A stretch of 64,000 bases of DNA from Sphingorhabdus sp. (GCA_028279555.1 JANQNO010000006.1:55837-119836); one strand, 5' to 3'. Positions 44,977-56,430 are shown, counted from the stretch's first letter. The notes: generated from the sequence alone by a model not told the origin. A program made the numbers and translations.

Positions 44977-45318
44977 CTAGCCGTGCAAACGCAGCGCGAC
45001 CTGGGCGAGCATCTTGCTCGCCACGCTGACCTCGAGCTCGCGGCAGCCGATGGCATCTTCCAGAATCCCTGTAAAATTCTCGATCGTCTCATGCGCGCCG
45101 CCATGCACCATCACTTTTTGCAAAGATGTCTCGAAGACCGATGCAATCTCGGCAACGGCATCAAAGCGGTGCATCTGGGCAGTCTTGCGGATATTTTCGA
45201 GCCGCATGAGAAATTGCACGGGATTGGCGTCGAAACCGGTCAGGCGCAGCGCATCCATCTGCTCGGACAGTTCGGCGCGCACCAGCATCAATCGATCCTG
45301 CTCCAATCCCATTTGCAT
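44977..45318 (-). CDS. Hypothetical helical protein
   Basis: An ORF of 113 aa lying 23 nt upstream of the GDT1-like gene on the same strand. No family recognised. Confidence 0.4.
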   Translation of the reverse strand: MQMGLEQDRLMLVRAELSEQMDALRLTGFDANPVQFLMRLENIRKTAQMHRFDAVAEIASVFETSLQKVMVHGGAHETIENFTGILEDAIGCRELEVSVASKMLAQVALRLHG

Positions 45319-45520
45319 GCCCCTTCAAAAAGTTTCTCGCGGGGCAGTTTGCGCCCTTATGGTAAATAAGGTCTTAATGCTTTCCTGATATCGCCGGGAA
45401 ATCGATTCCGCCCCTTGACTTTTGCCGCCTGAACGCGCAGAGGCGCGCGTCTGTATGGGATGGCGGCGCAGCTAGATTTGGCCGCCTCCGGAAACTGGAC
45501 ACACGAAGAAGGAACCGGCC

Positions 45521-45688
45521 ATGGCTAAATCAGCCACCGTCAAGATCAAGCTCGTCAGCACTGCCGATACCGGCTTTTATTATGTGACGAAGAAGAATCC
45601 GCGCAACATCACCGAAAAGATGACCTTCCGGAAATATGATCCGGTAGCGCGCAAGCATGTCGAGTTTAAGGAAGCGAAGATAAAATAG
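45521..45688 (+). CDS. rpmG: 50S ribosomal protein L33 (55 aa, below the ORF-track cutoff)
   Basis: Hand translation gives [58 protein letters not shown] gaaggaa. Confidence 0.92.
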   Translation: MAKSATVKIKLVSTADTGFYYVTKKNPRNITEKMTFRKYDPVARKHVEFKEAKIK

Positions 45689-45720
45689 CGCTTTCCCGAA
45701 AGAGACAGGAATATTTGACG

Positions 45721-45747
45721 AAGGCGCTTTCCGGCGCCTTTTTCTTT
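45721..45747 (+). terminator. Rho-independent terminator after rpmG
   Basis: aaggcgc-tttccg-gcgcctt followed by tttctttg. Confidence 0.55.
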
Positions 45748-45764
45748 GTTTAGGGACGGAACCC

Positions 45765-46865
45765 ATGTCAGACACGGAACAACTGAAAAGCGAAGCCTTG
45801 GGCGCGATCGAGGGTGCGGACAGCCTCGATGCGCTGGAGGGGCTGCGCGTCGGCTATCTGGGCAAGCAGGGCAGTATCTCGGCGCTTATGAAGACGCTGG
45901 GCCAGATGTCGCCGGAGGAGAAGAAGGTTCAGGGACCGCTCCTGAACGGCCTGCGTAACGACGTCGCAGAAGCCATTGCCACCAGAAAGGCAAAGCTGGA
46001 AACGGCAGCGCTCAATGCGCAGCTGGCATCGGAACGGATGGATATGAGCCTGCCCGGGCCGGAGACTGCCAAAGGCAGCGTCCATCCGGTCAGTCAGGTG
46101 ATGGAAGAGCTGGCCGAAATATTCGCCGATATGGGCTTTGCCGTTGCCGAAGGGCCGGAGATCGAGGATGACTGGCGCAACTTTACGGCGCTGAACATCC
46201 CCGAAACGCATCCAGCGCGCGCGATGCACGACACTTTCTATTTTCCCGACAAGGATGACAGCGGTCGGGCGATGTTGCTGCGCACACATACATCGCCGGT
46301 CCAGATCCGGACGATGACCAGCGAGGAGCCTCCAATCAGGATTATCGCGCCGGGCAGGGTGTATCGCAGCGACAGCGACGCGACCCATACGCCGATGTTT
46401 CACCAGATCGAAGGCCTTGTCATCGACCGGGACATTCACCTGGGACATCTCAAATGGACGCTCGAAACATTCCTGCGCGCCTTCTTCGAACGCGACGATG
46501 TCGTGCTCCGCCTGCGCCCGTCCTATTTCCCTTTCACCGAACCCTCGGTCGAAGTCGATGTCGGCTACAGTATCGAGAAGGGCAAACGCGTGATCGGCGG
46601 CCATGGCGATGATGCGGATGGCGGATGGATGGAGGTGCTGGGCTCCGGCATGGTCAACCGCCGCGTGATAGAGAATTGCGATCTCGACCCTGACGTGTGG
46701 CAAGGGTTCGCCTTCGGAACCGGCGTCGATCGGCTCGCGATGCTCAAATATGGCATGGACGATCTGCGTGCATTCTTCGATGGCGATGCGCGCTGGCTTG
46801 GCCATTATGGCTTCGATGCGCAGGATGTACCGACATTGTCTGCCGGGGTGGGCGCGCGGATATGA
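45765..46865 (+). CDS. pheS: Phenylalanine-tRNA ligase alpha subunit
   Basis: [23 protein letters not shown] and [11 protein letters not shown] class II motifs. Confidence 0.95.
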   Translation: MSDTEQLKSEALGAIEGADSLDALEGLRVGYLGKQGSISALMKTLGQMSPEEKKVQGPLLNGLRNDVAEAIATRKAKLETAALNAQLASERMDMSLPGPETAKGSVHPVSQVMEELAEIFADMGFAVAEGPEIEDDWRNFTALNIPETHPARAMHDTFYFPDKDDSGRAMLLRTHTSPVQIRTMTSEEPPIRIIAPGRVYRSDSDATHTPMFHQIEGLVIDRDIHLGHLKWTLETFLRAFFERDDVVLRLRPSYFPFTEPSVEVDVGYSIEKGKRVIGGHGDDADGGWMEVLGSGMVNRRVIENCDLDPDVWQGFAFGTGVDRLAMLKYGMDDLRAFFDGDARWLGHYGFDAQDVPTLSAGVGARI

Positions 46866-49246
46866 AATTCTCCCTTTCCTGGCTCAAGGCGCATCTTGAA
46901 AGCAGCGCCACCATCGACGAGGTTGCCGACTGCCTGAACCGCATCGGTCTCGAAGTCGAAGGCATCGAAAATCCGGCTGCGGCGCTGGGTGATTTCCGGA
47001 TTGCCAAGGTGCTGTCGGCGGAGCCGCACCCGCAAGCCGACAAGCTGCAATTGCTCTCGATCGACCCGGGTGATGGCAAGCCGCTGCAGGTCGTCTGCGG
47101 CGCGCCCAATGCGCGTGCTGGCATGCTGGGCGTATTCGGCCCGGCAGGTGCGGTTATTCCATCGAATGGCATGGAGCTCAAGATCGCCAAAATTCGCGGC
47201 GTCGAATCGAATGGCATGATGTGCAGCGAGGCCGAACTGGAAGTCGGCGATGATCATGATGGCATTATCGAACTGCCGGACGATGCGCCTGTCGGTGAGG
47301 TCTATGCCGGCTGGGCCGGTCTTGACGATCCGGTGATCGATGTTGCCATCACACCCAACCGGCAGGATTGCATGGGCGTACGCGGCATTGCCCGCGACCT
47401 CGCGGCAGCGGGATTGGGCGAGCTGAAAGCGCTGGAGATCCCGCAGATCGAAGCGCCGGAGCCCTGCCCGGTCGAAATCCGCACCGATGACCCGGAAGGT
47501 TGCCCCGCCTTTTATGGCCGCGTGATCAGCGGCGTGAAGAATGGCGCATCGCCGGCCTGGATGCAGGCTCGGCTAAAAAGTGCTGGGCAAAAGCCAATTT
47601 CGGCGCTGGTCGATATCACCAATTATGTCATGCTCGATCATGGTCGGCCCAGCCATGCTTACGATCTTGCCAAGCTGTCCGGCGCGGTGGTCGCCCGCAA
47701 GGCAAAGGATGGCGAGAAGGTCACTGCGCTCAATGAAAAGGAATATGCGCTCACCAGCGACATGACCGTGATTGCCGACGATAAAGGCGTGCATGATATT
47801 GCCGGCATTATGGGCGGTATCGATTCCGGTTGCTCGCAAGACACCCGCGATGTGCTGCTCGAGATTGCCTATTTCACACCCGAAAATATCGCATTGACCG
47901 GACAGGCGCTGGCATTGACTTCGGATGCCCGAATGCGGTTCGAGCGCGGCGTTGATCCTGCATTTCTCGATGACGCGGTCCAGATCATCACTGCCTACAT
48001 CCTCGAAATATGCGGCGGGAAGGCCAGCGACATCATGCGCGCAGGAGCGCCCCCCGCAGCGCAGCGGTCTGTGCAATATGATCCGGCGCTCTGCCTGTCA
48101 TTGGGCGGGATCGCTGTCGACCAGGCAAAGCAATGGCAGATACTTGAATCGCTTGGCTTTGCAGTTGACGGCAGCTGGAAAGTTACTGTTCCCACTTGGC
48201 GGCGCGATATCGACGGGCCGCCCGACCTGGTCGAAGAAGTCGTCCGCATGGTCGGGCTGGACAATATCAAGTCGGTCGCCCTGCCGCGCGCCGAGGGCGT
48301 TGCCAAGCCAACCGCAACGCCTGCGCAAGAACTGGAGCGCAAGCTGCGCCGCATCGCCGCATCACGCGGCCTCAAAGAGGCGGTGAACTGGTCCTTCATA
48401 TCGGAAAAGGAAGCGGCCGCGCTCGGCGGCGGCGACTGGGTTCTCGCCAATCCGATCAGCGAGGATATGAAAGCCATGCGCGCATCGATTCTGCCCGGCT
48501 TGCTGTCGGCTGCGCAGCGCAACATGGACCGCGGTGCTTCCTCTGTCCGGCTGTTCGAAATCGGCCGCCGCTATTTCAAGGCAAAGGACGGTGCCAGCGA
48601 CGAGCGGTTGACGCTGGGCCTTGTTCTGGCTGGGGAACGATCATCGCGCAGCTGGGCGTCGGGCAAGGCGCAAAAATTCGACGCTTTCGATGCGAAGGCG
48701 TATGTCACCACGCTACTGGATGCCGCCGGGGTCGACACCGAGCGGCTGATGGTTATGGATGGCGCGGGCGATCATTATCATCCGGGCCAGTCAGCGACGC
48801 TCAGGCTGGGACCAAAAAACATCCTTGCCGCTTTTGGCCTGCTCCATCCGGCCACGGCCAAGGCGTTTGACTTAACCGGGCCGATTGCTGCGGCAGAGAT
48901 ATATATAGACGCCATCCCGCCCAAGAAGGCCCCAGGCTTCATGCGACCAGCCTATTCGCCGCCGCCGCTCCAGGCGGTGACCCGCGATTTCGCCTTCGTC
49001 GTGCCCGAAGCGCTGGCGGCATCCGATCTTGTTGCCGCGGTGCGCGGGAGCGACAAGACCAACATCGTAGCAGCGCGAGTCTTTGATCGTTTCACCGGCG
49101 GCAGCCTGCCTGAGGGGAAGGTGAGCCTTGCCATAGAAGTCACCCTACAGCCGCTGGACAAGAGCTACACTGAACAGGATCTGCAGACTATATCCGAAAA
49201 GGTCATTGCGTCAGCGGCCAAGCTGGGCGCGGAATTGAGGGGGTAG
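46862..49246 (+). CDS. pheT: Phenylalanine-tRNA ligase beta subunit
   Basis: [12 protein letters not shown].. ATG at 46862 overlaps the pheS stop (ATGA). The first 55 codons of the track ORF are an extension into pheS. Confidence 0.95.
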   Translation: MKFSLSWLKAHLESSATIDEVADCLNRIGLEVEGIENPAAALGDFRIAKVLSAEPHPQADKLQLLSIDPGDGKPLQVVCGAPNARAGMLGVFGPAGAVIPSNGMELKIAKIRGVESNGMMCSEAELEVGDDHDGIIELPDDAPVGEVYAGWAGLDDPVIDVAITPNRQDCMGVRGIARDLAAAGLGELKALEIPQIEAPEPCPVEIRTDDPEGCPAFYGRVISGVKNGASPAWMQARLKSAGQKPISALVDITNYVMLDHGRPSHAYDLAKLSGAVVARKAKDGEKVTALNEKEYALTSDMTVIADDKGVHDIAGIMGGIDSGCSQDTRDVLLEIAYFTPENIALTGQALALTSDARMRFERGVDPAFLDDAVQIITAYILEICGGKASDIMRAGAPPAAQRSVQYDPALCLSLGGIAVDQAKQWQILESLGFAVDGSWKVTVPTWRRDIDGPPDLVEEVVRMVGLDNIKSVALPRAEGVAKPTATPAQELERKLRRIAASRGLKEAVNWSFISEKEAAALGGGDWVLANPISEDMKAMRASILPGLLSAAQRNMDRGASSVRLFEIGRRYFKAKDGASDERLTLGLVLAGERSSRSWASGKAQKFDAFDAKAYVTTLLDAAGVDTERLMVMDGAGDHYHPGQSATLRLGPKNILAAFGLLHPATAKAFDLTGPIAAAEIYIDAIPPKKAPGFMRPAYSPPPLQAVTRDFAFVVPEALAASDLVAAVRGSDKTNIVAARVFDRFTGGSLPEGKVSLAIEVTLQPLDKSYTEQDLQTISEKVIASAAKLGAELRG

Positions 49247-49368
49247 GTCAGCGCCAGGTAGCAGGACTGCTTTGCACCCTTTTGCAATTCGGTTCAGCGG
49301 CGCGACATCTTGCTTTCACTAGGCTCTTGCGCAAATCTGGGGCACCATAAAACAGGAACGCAAAATTC

Positions 49369-50820
49369 ATGGCAAACAAGCTGGCCGCAGCACTGGCATT
49401 GACCGGCATTGTCTTCACAACCGCATGCGGCGGCGACGGCGGCGGGAGCGGTGCAGTTACCGTGCCGCCGACGGCCGGCACCCCGCCGCCATCTCCCCCG
49501 CCGCCAACTTCAGGCACATGCAGCCTCACCAACCGGCAGAATTTCGCCTTCAATGTGATCAATGAATGGTATCTTTTTCCCGAAACCTTGCCGGCATCGC
49601 TCAACCCATCGCCCTTCGCCGATGTGCAATCCTACATCAATGCGCTGACCGAAACCGCCCGCAATCAGGGCCGCGATCGCTTTTTCACTTTTGTGACGTC
49701 GATTGCCGAGGAGAACGCCTTTTTCCAATCCGGATCGAGCGCTGGCTTCGGGATCCGCATTGCACTCGACAATAACCGGCTCTTCATCCGCGAAGCTTTC
49801 GAAAATGCGCCTGCCTTTGCCGCCGGGATCGATCGCGGGACAGAGATCACCGCGATAGGCAACAGCGAGGCCACTTTGCGCAGCGTATCCGACATTATCG
49901 CTAGCGAAGGCGTGGACGGTATCAATGCAGCGCTTGGACCCAGCACCGCCGGCACCAGCCGGGCCTTCACCATAGTCAATGGCGGTGCAAGCCAGAATGT
50001 GACGGTGACCAAGGCGGAATATGATATCGAGCCGCTCTCCCCGAACTATGGCGCGACAGTGATCAATGATGGCGGCCGGCAGGTGGGCTATATCAATATG
50101 CGGACCTTTATCTCGACCGCCGACAATCAGCTGCGCAGTGCGTTCGCCAATCTGCGCGCGCAGGGCATCAACGACATTGTCGTCGACTTTCGCTACAATG
50201 GCGGCGGCCTCGTCAGCACGGCTAATCTTTTTGGCGATTTACTGGGACGTGATCGCAGCAACAACGACGTCTATTCCTTCACCCGTTTCCGCGCGTCCAA
50301 ATCGGCCAATGATGAAACCCGCAATTTCGATTCGCAACCACAATCGATCGCGCCAGCTCGGATTGCCTTTATCACCACCGGAGCATCGGCATCGGCCAGC
50401 GAGCTGGTGATCAATGCCATGCTGCCCTATGTCGGCAACAATGTCGCATTGATCGGCAGCAACACCTTCGGCAAGCCGGTGGGGCAGATCGCGCTTGACC
50501 AGGCCGCCTGCGACGACCGTATCCGCGTAGTCGCTTTCAAAACCGACAATGCCAACAATCAGGGGGATTATTTCACCGGCCTTGCGGCCAATGTCCCCAA
50601 TACGTGCGAAGCCGAAGATGACATCACCCGGCCGCTTGGCGACCCGCAGGAAGCATCGTTGCGCGCCGCGCTCGATTTCATCGGTGGGCAAAGCTGCAGC
50701 ACGCAGCCGATCAGCGGCAATATTGCGGCGCAGAACCAGCCTATGCGCTTGCCCAGCGATATTCTGCTGACGCCCGAAAACCCGACGCCGGCACAGCGCG
50801 AGGTGCCGGGGCTTTACTAG
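49369..50820 (+). CDS. S41-family (C-terminal processing type) peptidase, lipoprotein
   Basis: Lipobox FTTAC plus a Gly/Pro-rich linker. S41 motifs DFRYNGGGLV and TTGASASASE. Confidence 0.75.
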   Translation: MANKLAAALALTGIVFTTACGGDGGGSGAVTVPPTAGTPPPSPPPPTSGTCSLTNRQNFAFNVINEWYLFPETLPASLNPSPFADVQSYINALTETARNQGRDRFFTFVTSIAEENAFFQSGSSAGFGIRIALDNNRLFIREAFENAPAFAAGIDRGTEITAIGNSEATLRSVSDIIASEGVDGINAALGPSTAGTSRAFTIVNGGASQNVTVTKAEYDIEPLSPNYGATVINDGGRQVGYINMRTFISTADNQLRSAFANLRAQGINDIVVDFRYNGGGLVSTANLFGDLLGRDRSNNDVYSFTRFRASKSANDETRNFDSQPQSIAPARIAFITTGASASASELVINAMLPYVGNNVALIGSNTFGKPVGQIALDQAACDDRIRVVAFKTDNANNQGDYFTGLAANVPNTCEAEDDITRPLGDPQEASLRAALDFIGGQSCSTQPISGNIAAQNQPMRLPSDILLTPENPTPAQREVPGLY

Positions 50821-50877
50821 CCCTAACATGATGCTTTGATGGTGGACGCCGGCAGCCAAAGCGGCTAGGCGCGCGCG

Positions 50878-52440
50878 ATGAGCCAGCCAAGACGCACCTT
50901 CGCCATTATATCGCATCCCGATGCGGGTAAGACGACGCTGACGGAAAAGCTGCTTCTGCAAGGCGGCGCGATCCATCTTGCCGGTGAGGTAAAGGCGCGC
51001 GGTGACGCGCGACGCGCACGGTCGGACTGGATGAAGATCGAGCAGCAGCGCGGCATTTCGGTCACCTCCAGCGTGATGACCTTCGAGCGTGACGGCATTA
51101 TCTTCAACCTACTCGATACGCCGGGGCACGAAGATTTCAGCGAAGACACCTACCGCACGCTGACCGCTGTCGATAGCGCGATCATGGTGATCGACGCTGC
51201 CAAGGGTATAGAGCCGCAAACCCGCAAGCTTTTCGAAGTGTGCCGCCTCCGCTCGGTGCCGATCATCACCTTCGTCAACAAGGTCGACCGCGAAGGCCGG
51301 GAAGGCTTTGAAACGCTCGACGAGGTCGCCGATGCGCTCGCGCTCGATGTGTGCCCGATGAACTGGCCTGCCGGTATGGGCGGGCAGTTTGAAGGGCTGT
51401 TCGATTTCAAGACGGGGCAGCTGACGCAGCCAACGGGCGATTCCAAAAATTTCGAGGGCAAGGCGAGCACGCATAGCGGGCTCGATGATGACAGCCTTGC
51501 CGAACATCTCTCGCCGCAGGGGCTGGAGCGATTGCGCGAAGAAGCCGAGCTGGCGCAGGCTGGCTATGCCGAATTTGACCTGGAAGCTTATCGCAGCGGC
51601 GATCTGACACCGGTTTTCTTTGGCTCCGCGCTCAAGGAATTCGGCGTCGAGGAGCTGATCGATGCCATCGCCGAGCACGCCCCGCCGCCGCGCCCGCAGC
51701 CATCCGAAGCGGGCGAGATCGCGCCGGAACATAGGGAAGTCTCAGGCTTCATCTTCAAGGTGCAGGCGAATATGGACCCGCAGCATCGCGACCGGATTGC
51801 TTTCATGCGGCTATGCAGCGGCACCTTCAAACGCGGGATGAAGCTGACGCCCTCGGGCCTCGGCAAGCCGATCGCGATCCACTCGCCTATTCTGTTTTTT
51901 GCGCAGGACCGCGAAATTGCTGACACCGCGCAGCCGGGCGACATCATCGGCATTCCCAATCACGGCACGCTTAGAGTGGGCGATACGCTGTCGGAGAAAA
52001 ACACTATCCGCTTCACAGGCCTGCCCAACTTCGCGCCGGAGATATTGCGGCGCGTGGTGCTGAAAGACCCGACCAAGACCAAGCAGCTGAGAAAAGCGCT
52101 GGACGATCTGTCGGAGGAAGGCGTGATCCAGGTCTTCTATCCCGATATCGGCGCGAACTGGGTGATCGGCGTGGTCGGTCAGCTGCAGCTCGATGTGCTC
52201 ATCTCGCGGCTTTCGGCAGAATATAAGGTGGAAGCCTCGCTCGAGGCAGCACCCTTCGACACCGCCCGCTGGCTAAAAGGCCCGGATGACGCGCTCCGCC
52301 AGCTGGCCGATTTCAACGGCACCAATATGGCGAAGGACCGCGACGGCGACCCCGTCTTTCTTGCCAAATCGGCCTGGGACATCAATTACCAAACAGAGAA
52401 GCACCCTGACCTGACCTTTAGTGCGACAAAGGAACGTTAG
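50878..52440 (+). CDS. prfC: Peptide chain release factor 3
   Basis: RRTFAIISHPDAGKTTLTEKLLL GTPase G1, and DTPGHEDF G3. Confidence 0.95.
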   Translation: MSQPRRTFAIISHPDAGKTTLTEKLLLQGGAIHLAGEVKARGDARRARSDWMKIEQQRGISVTSSVMTFERDGIIFNLLDTPGHEDFSEDTYRTLTAVDSAIMVIDAAKGIEPQTRKLFEVCRLRSVPIITFVNKVDREGREGFETLDEVADALALDVCPMNWPAGMGGQFEGLFDFKTGQLTQPTGDSKNFEGKASTHSGLDDDSLAEHLSPQGLERLREEAELAQAGYAEFDLEAYRSGDLTPVFFGSALKEFGVEELIDAIAEHAPPPRPQPSEAGEIAPEHREVSGFIFKVQANMDPQHRDRIAFMRLCSGTFKRGMKLTPSGLGKPIAIHSPILFFAQDREIADTAQPGDIIGIPNHGTLRVGDTLSEKNTIRFTGLPNFAPEILRRVVLKDPTKTKQLRKALDDLSEEGVIQVFYPDIGANWVIGVVGQLQLDVLISRLSAEYKVEASLEAAPFDTARWLKGPDDALRQLADFNGTNMAKDRDGDPVFLAKSAWDINYQTEKHPDLTFSATKER

Positions 52441-52462
52441 ACTCCTTTCGACAGCAATAATA

Positions 52463-52491
52463 TTGACGTTTATACTTTGATTTTCTATTTA
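52463..52491 (+). promoter_or_regulatory. Candidate sigma-70 promoter (TTGACG-17 nt-TATTTA) for the S9 peptidase gene
   Basis: Read directly in the AT-rich 75-bp gap after prfC. Confidence 0.3.
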
Positions 52492-52515
52492 TTTAGCAAC
52501 GGCTTGGGGGAGGCA

Positions 52516-54513
52516 ATGCTTGGTCCTGCAAAATCCGTGGCGCTATTCGGCAGTTTTTTGGCCCTTTTCGCCGCTTTCTGCAGTATTTCTTCCGCAGCGA
52601 CAGATGTAAACGGGCAAGCGGCAGCCAACCCGGCAATAGGAGAAATTCCTACCGAAATATTTGCCTCGGACGGAGATGTCTTCCAACCAAAGCTCTCTCC
52701 CGATGGCTCGCAGCTCGTATATCGACAGAACATAGAGGGTAAGACATATCTCTCGACGTTGTCCTTTGACCAGGGCAGCTCTTTTCGGAAGGCGATGCCC
52801 GAAGGAACCGAGCTTAAATGGTATCGTTGGGCGGGTAACACACAAATCCTGTTCAGCGTCACCAGCATCAAGAGATATAGCGGTCTTCGGGCGAATTTTG
52901 TCGATAATGAATTTCGTCAGGTAGAAATGTATCTCCTCGACACTGGCTCACGCCGGACCCGATACATCGGTCCGGAAAAAGTGGGTCCTGACGGTGACAA
53001 TATTCTCTACCTCGACCCCGATGGACGCTTTCTAGTTATGAAGGCACGGGAGTCTGTCTATAAATATCCCGCAGTTTTCAGGATCGAACTGGCCACCAAC
53101 AAATCCGAAAAAATCGTGGACGAACAATCGAAGATTTGGGATTGGGTTACCGACAATGCAGGTGTGGTCAGGCTGGGACTTAGCTATCGTCGTAACTCAA
53201 CCATAATCTACTATCGACAGTCTGCGGCGGACAAATTCAAGCGGATCGACAAGGTCAAAACCAAAGACGTGCTTGAAAAAGGAGTAGAAGCCCTACTCGA
53301 TGGCTTCGTTATCGTGGCAGGAACGAACGAAGGCTATGTTCTGTCGAATGAGCGGACGGGCCGATTTGCGCTGCACCGGTTTAACTTGCTGACACGAGAG
53401 GTAGGCGAACTGGTATTTGCGCATGACACCCAGGATGTCGATCACTTTGTGATGGACGATGATGGCGCAGCCTTGAAGGCAGTACGATATACCGATTCGC
53501 GCGACCGAATTGTCTGGTTCGATGAGTATTTCAGTAAACAGCAGCGCATGCTCGAACGCGCACTCCCGGGGCAGGAGGTCTGGATTGTTTCGCATTCTCG
53601 CGACAAGGAAAAAATGGTGATCTTTTCGACCTCGCCGCAAGACCCTGGCAGCTACTATCTATACGAGCCCAAGGTACGGAAAATGGAGCGATTTGCAGGA
53701 ATCAACGATCGTATTGATCCAGCTCTGATGGCCGAAACCAGCTACGAATCTTATGCTGCGAGCGACGGAACTCTCATTCCTGCCTACGTAACGATACCGA
53801 GGGGACGCAAGCAGCAAAATCTTCCTTTGATCATTCTCCCGCACGGCGGCCCATTCGGTGTGCGCGATACGCTCGACTACAACTTGGAAGTGCAGTTTCT
53901 GGCCAATCGTGGTTATGTCGTCCTGCAGCCCAATTTTCGTGGTTCTGGCAGTTACGGCGAGGGCTTTTACAAGCTTGGCGAGGGCGAGATCGGCAGATCC
54001 ATGCAGGACGATCTAGATGATGGAATGGACTGGCTGGTCAAACGTGGATTGGTCGATCCGAAACGTGTCTGCATCGTCGGGTCATCATATGGCGGATATG
54101 CTGCTCTTTGGGGCGTTACCCGTAACCCGGATCGATATAGATGTGCCGCCTCTTTCGCGGGCGTGACCGATTGGGATAAGCAGCTTAAATATGACCGGCA
54201 ATTTCTACGCAGCCGCTATTATCGTGACTGGCGCGAAGCGATCGAAGGAGAGGATGATTTTGATTTGGACGATGTCTCGCCTGTGCACAATGCTGACAAG
54301 TTGAAACGTCCTGTCCTGCTAGTGCATGGGAAGAAGGACAGCAACGTGCCTTACAGCCAGTTCGAAATCTACCGGGACAAGTTGCAGGATCGCGAACTCG
54401 ATATTGTCTTTGTAACCTATGAGGATGAAGGACATGGGTTAGCTGATAAAAACAATCGAAAAGACTGGCTGGACCGGCTCGAGAAATTTCTAGATACTCA
54501 CAATCCTGCGTAG
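52516..54513 (+). CDS. S9-family serine peptidase (prolyl oligopeptidase / dipeptidyl aminopeptidase type), secreted
   Basis: Signal peptide, an N-terminal beta-propeller region (..LSPDGSQLVY..) and a C-terminal alpha/beta hydrolase with GSSYGGY and ..VHGKKDSNV... ATG at 52516 follows gggggagg. AT-richer than flanks. Confidence 0.85.
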   Translation: MLGPAKSVALFGSFLALFAAFCSISSAATDVNGQAAANPAIGEIPTEIFASDGDVFQPKLSPDGSQLVYRQNIEGKTYLSTLSFDQGSSFRKAMPEGTELKWYRWAGNTQILFSVTSIKRYSGLRANFVDNEFRQVEMYLLDTGSRRTRYIGPEKVGPDGDNILYLDPDGRFLVMKARESVYKYPAVFRIELATNKSEKIVDEQSKIWDWVTDNAGVVRLGLSYRRNSTIIYYRQSAADKFKRIDKVKTKDVLEKGVEALLDGFVIVAGTNEGYVLSNERTGRFALHRFNLLTREVGELVFAHDTQDVDHFVMDDDGAALKAVRYTDSRDRIVWFDEYFSKQQRMLERALPGQEVWIVSHSRDKEKMVIFSTSPQDPGSYYLYEPKVRKMERFAGINDRIDPALMAETSYESYAASDGTLIPAYVTIPRGRKQQNLPLIILPHGGPFGVRDTLDYNLEVQFLANRGYVVLQPNFRGSGSYGEGFYKLGEGEIGRSMQDDLDDGMDWLVKRGLVDPKRVCIVGSSYGGYAALWGVTRNPDRYRCAASFAGVTDWDKQLKYDRQFLRSRYYRDWREAIEGEDDFDLDDVSPVHNADKLKRPVLLVHGKKDSNVPYSQFEIYRDKLQDRELDIVFVTYEDEGHGLADKNNRKDWLDRLEKFLDTHNPA

Positions 54514-54611
54514 CGGGGCAGGTCTGGGGGCTTGGCCATATCCAGGAAAAAATGGCGGAACCCCCAAACCGACTCGCCACTCGCCAAAGCCGCTGCTAAC
54601 CCCCTCTCCCC

Positions 54612-55493
54612 ATGATCGAATCAAATCCCCTTGTTGGCGATCTCGTCAAATTGCTCGCGGTTAAACGTATGGGCGACGGCTGGTATCTCGGCCGGCGCAA
54701 GAAAGGCGGCGTCGGCCGCGTGTTTGGCGGTCAGGTTATTGCACAAGGTCTGGCTGCCGCTCAGGATACCGTGTCGTCAGAGCGCATTGCGCACAGCCTG
54801 CATGCCTATTTCATGCGCCCGGGCAGCGAGGATTATGAGATCACCTACAGGGTCGAGCGCGATTTCGATGGCGGCAGCTTTTCCAACCGGCGGATCATCG
54901 CGCTGCAAAAGGACAGGCCGATCCTGAATATGACGGCCTCTTTCCAAAAGGCCGAAGAAGGGCTGGAGCATCAGGATCCGATGCCCGAGGTGCCCGAGCC
55001 CGAAAGCCTGATACCCGAGGACGAGCTCAGGAAGAAGACCGCACATCTGGTACCGGAAAAATATCGCGACAATTTTTTGCAGGAACGGCCTTTCGAATTC
55101 CGGCCCTGCGACCCGCGCGACTGGTCGGGCGAGGAAAAGCGCTTCCCGGCCAAGCAAAATATCTGGTTCCGCCTGAAGGCCGAAATCGAGGATGATCCGG
55201 CGCTGCATCGCGCGATGCTTTGTCATGTGTCGGACAGCTGGCTGCTCGGCACCGCGACGCTGCCGCATGGTGTCACCTGGACCACGCCGGGCATGATAAC
55301 CGCCAGCCTGGACCATGCCGTCTGGCTGCACGGCGATGTCCGCGTCGACGACTGGCTGCTCTATGCCTGCGACAGCCCCTGGGGCGCACGCGGGCGCGGC
55401 TTCAACCGCGGTCAGATCTTCAACCGCGAGGGCCGCCTGATCGCCAGCTGCGCGCAAGAGGGGTTGATCCGGATGACAAAGCCGCGCGGCTAG
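54612..55493 (+). CDS. tesB: Acyl-CoA thioesterase II
   Basis: Double hot-dog fold, with VFGGQVIAQGL and SLDHAVWLH motifs. Confidence 0.85.
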   Translation: MIESNPLVGDLVKLLAVKRMGDGWYLGRRKKGGVGRVFGGQVIAQGLAAAQDTVSSERIAHSLHAYFMRPGSEDYEITYRVERDFDGGSFSNRRIIALQKDRPILNMTASFQKAEEGLEHQDPMPEVPEPESLIPEDELRKKTAHLVPEKYRDNFLQERPFEFRPCDPRDWSGEEKRFPAKQNIWFRLKAEIEDDPALHRAMLCHVSDSWLLGTATLPHGVTWTTPGMITASLDHAVWLHGDVRVDDWLLYACDSPWGARGRGFNRGQIFNREGRLIASCAQEGLIRMTKPRG

Positions 55494-55632
55494 CTCGCTT
55501 AGCGTTATCGAAAATTTGCGTGCCGCCTGCTGTTGGCAGAGCGCGCCGTAGCGGCTAATCCGACCCGGCCATTTACCCACGCATACGTGCTTGCGCTTCG
55601 CAGGCAGATGTCAGGAGGAAAGGAACAGATAT

Positions 55633-56430
55633 ATGCTTACGCTATTGTCGCCCGCGAAAAAGCTGAATTTCGCCAGGGCCGCCGAAGGCAGCCAAACATC
55701 CCTTGGGATAACGACGCCGCGCCTTTCCGAAGACACGCGCGAGATCGCGCAGGTCGCAAAAAAGCAGTCTGCCGCCGATCTCAAACGGCTGATGCATATT
55801 TCGGACAATCTTGCCGAACTCAACTTCGAGCGCTTCAGGGCCTTCGACCTCGATGGCCGCAGCAACACTGCCGCGCCTGCGGGCCTGGTTTTCGATGGCG
55901 ATGTCTATTGGGGTCTGGAGGCCAAGAGCATGGATGCCGATACGCTCGCCTATGCGCAGGATCATCTGCGTATCCTCTCAGGCCTCTATGGCCTGCTGCG
56001 CCCGATGGATGCGATCCAGCCCTACCGGCTGGAAATGGGCACGCGCATGGCCAATCCGCGCGGCGAGAACCTGTATGATTTCTGGGGGTCGAAAATTGCC
56101 GAAGAGCTGAAGGCCGATTTTTGCGAGCACAGCAACCCGGTCATCGTCAATCTTGCCTCGAATGAGTATTTCAAGGCCGTCGATACAGGAACGCTGGATG
56201 CGCGGATCGTCTCGGCCAGCTTCATCAATGTAAAAGACGGCGAACCGCGAAAGCTGATGTATCATGTCAAATTCGCGCGCGGGCTGATGGCGCGCTGGAT
56301 CATGGAAAATCGCGTCGATCGCCCCGACGGGCTGAAGGATTTCAATGTCGATGGCTACCGGTTCGACGCCAAGGCCTCGACCGAAGATGACCTGGTCTTC
56401 AGCCGCAAGCAACCGCCGCTGAAGAAATAG
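55633..56430 (+). CDS. yaaA: Peroxide stress protein YaaA (UPF0246)
   Basis: MLTLLSPAKKLNF.. and YGLLRPMDAIQPYRLEM. ATG at 55633 follows aggagg. Confidence 0.85.
   Translation: MLTLLSPAKKLNFARAAEGSQTSLGITTPRLSEDTREIAQVAKKQSAADLKRLMHISDNLAELNFERFRAFDLDGRSNTAAPAGLVFDGDVYWGLEAKSMDADTLAYAQDHLRILSGLYGLLRPMDAIQPYRLEMGTRMANPRGENLYDFWGSKIAEELKADFCEHSNPVIVNLASNEYFKAVDTGTLDARIVSASFINVKDGEPRKLMYHVKFARGLMARWIMENRVDRPDGLKDFNVDGYRFDAKASTEDDLVFSRKQPPLKK

Noticed and set aside
45319-45520. Mn2+ (yybP-ykoY) riboswitch upstream of the GDT1/UPF0016 transporter operon
   Set aside because: The 200-nt region lacks the conserved riboswitch core strings I can recall, and only short generic hairpins are present. 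It needs an Infernal scan to be sure.
45530-45775. 81-aa minus-strand ORF listed in the track
   Set aside because: It overlaps the hand-translated L33 gene (45521-45688, plus strand), which is an unambiguous ribosomal protein. The minus ORF is spurious.
45768-46805. 345-aa minus-strand ORF opposite pheS
   Set aside because: It is the antisense shadow of pheS.
50239-50976. 245-aa minus-strand ORF spanning the S41 peptidase 3-prime end and the prfC start
   Set aside because: It crosses an intergenic region and two well-supported plus-strand genes. It has no motifs.
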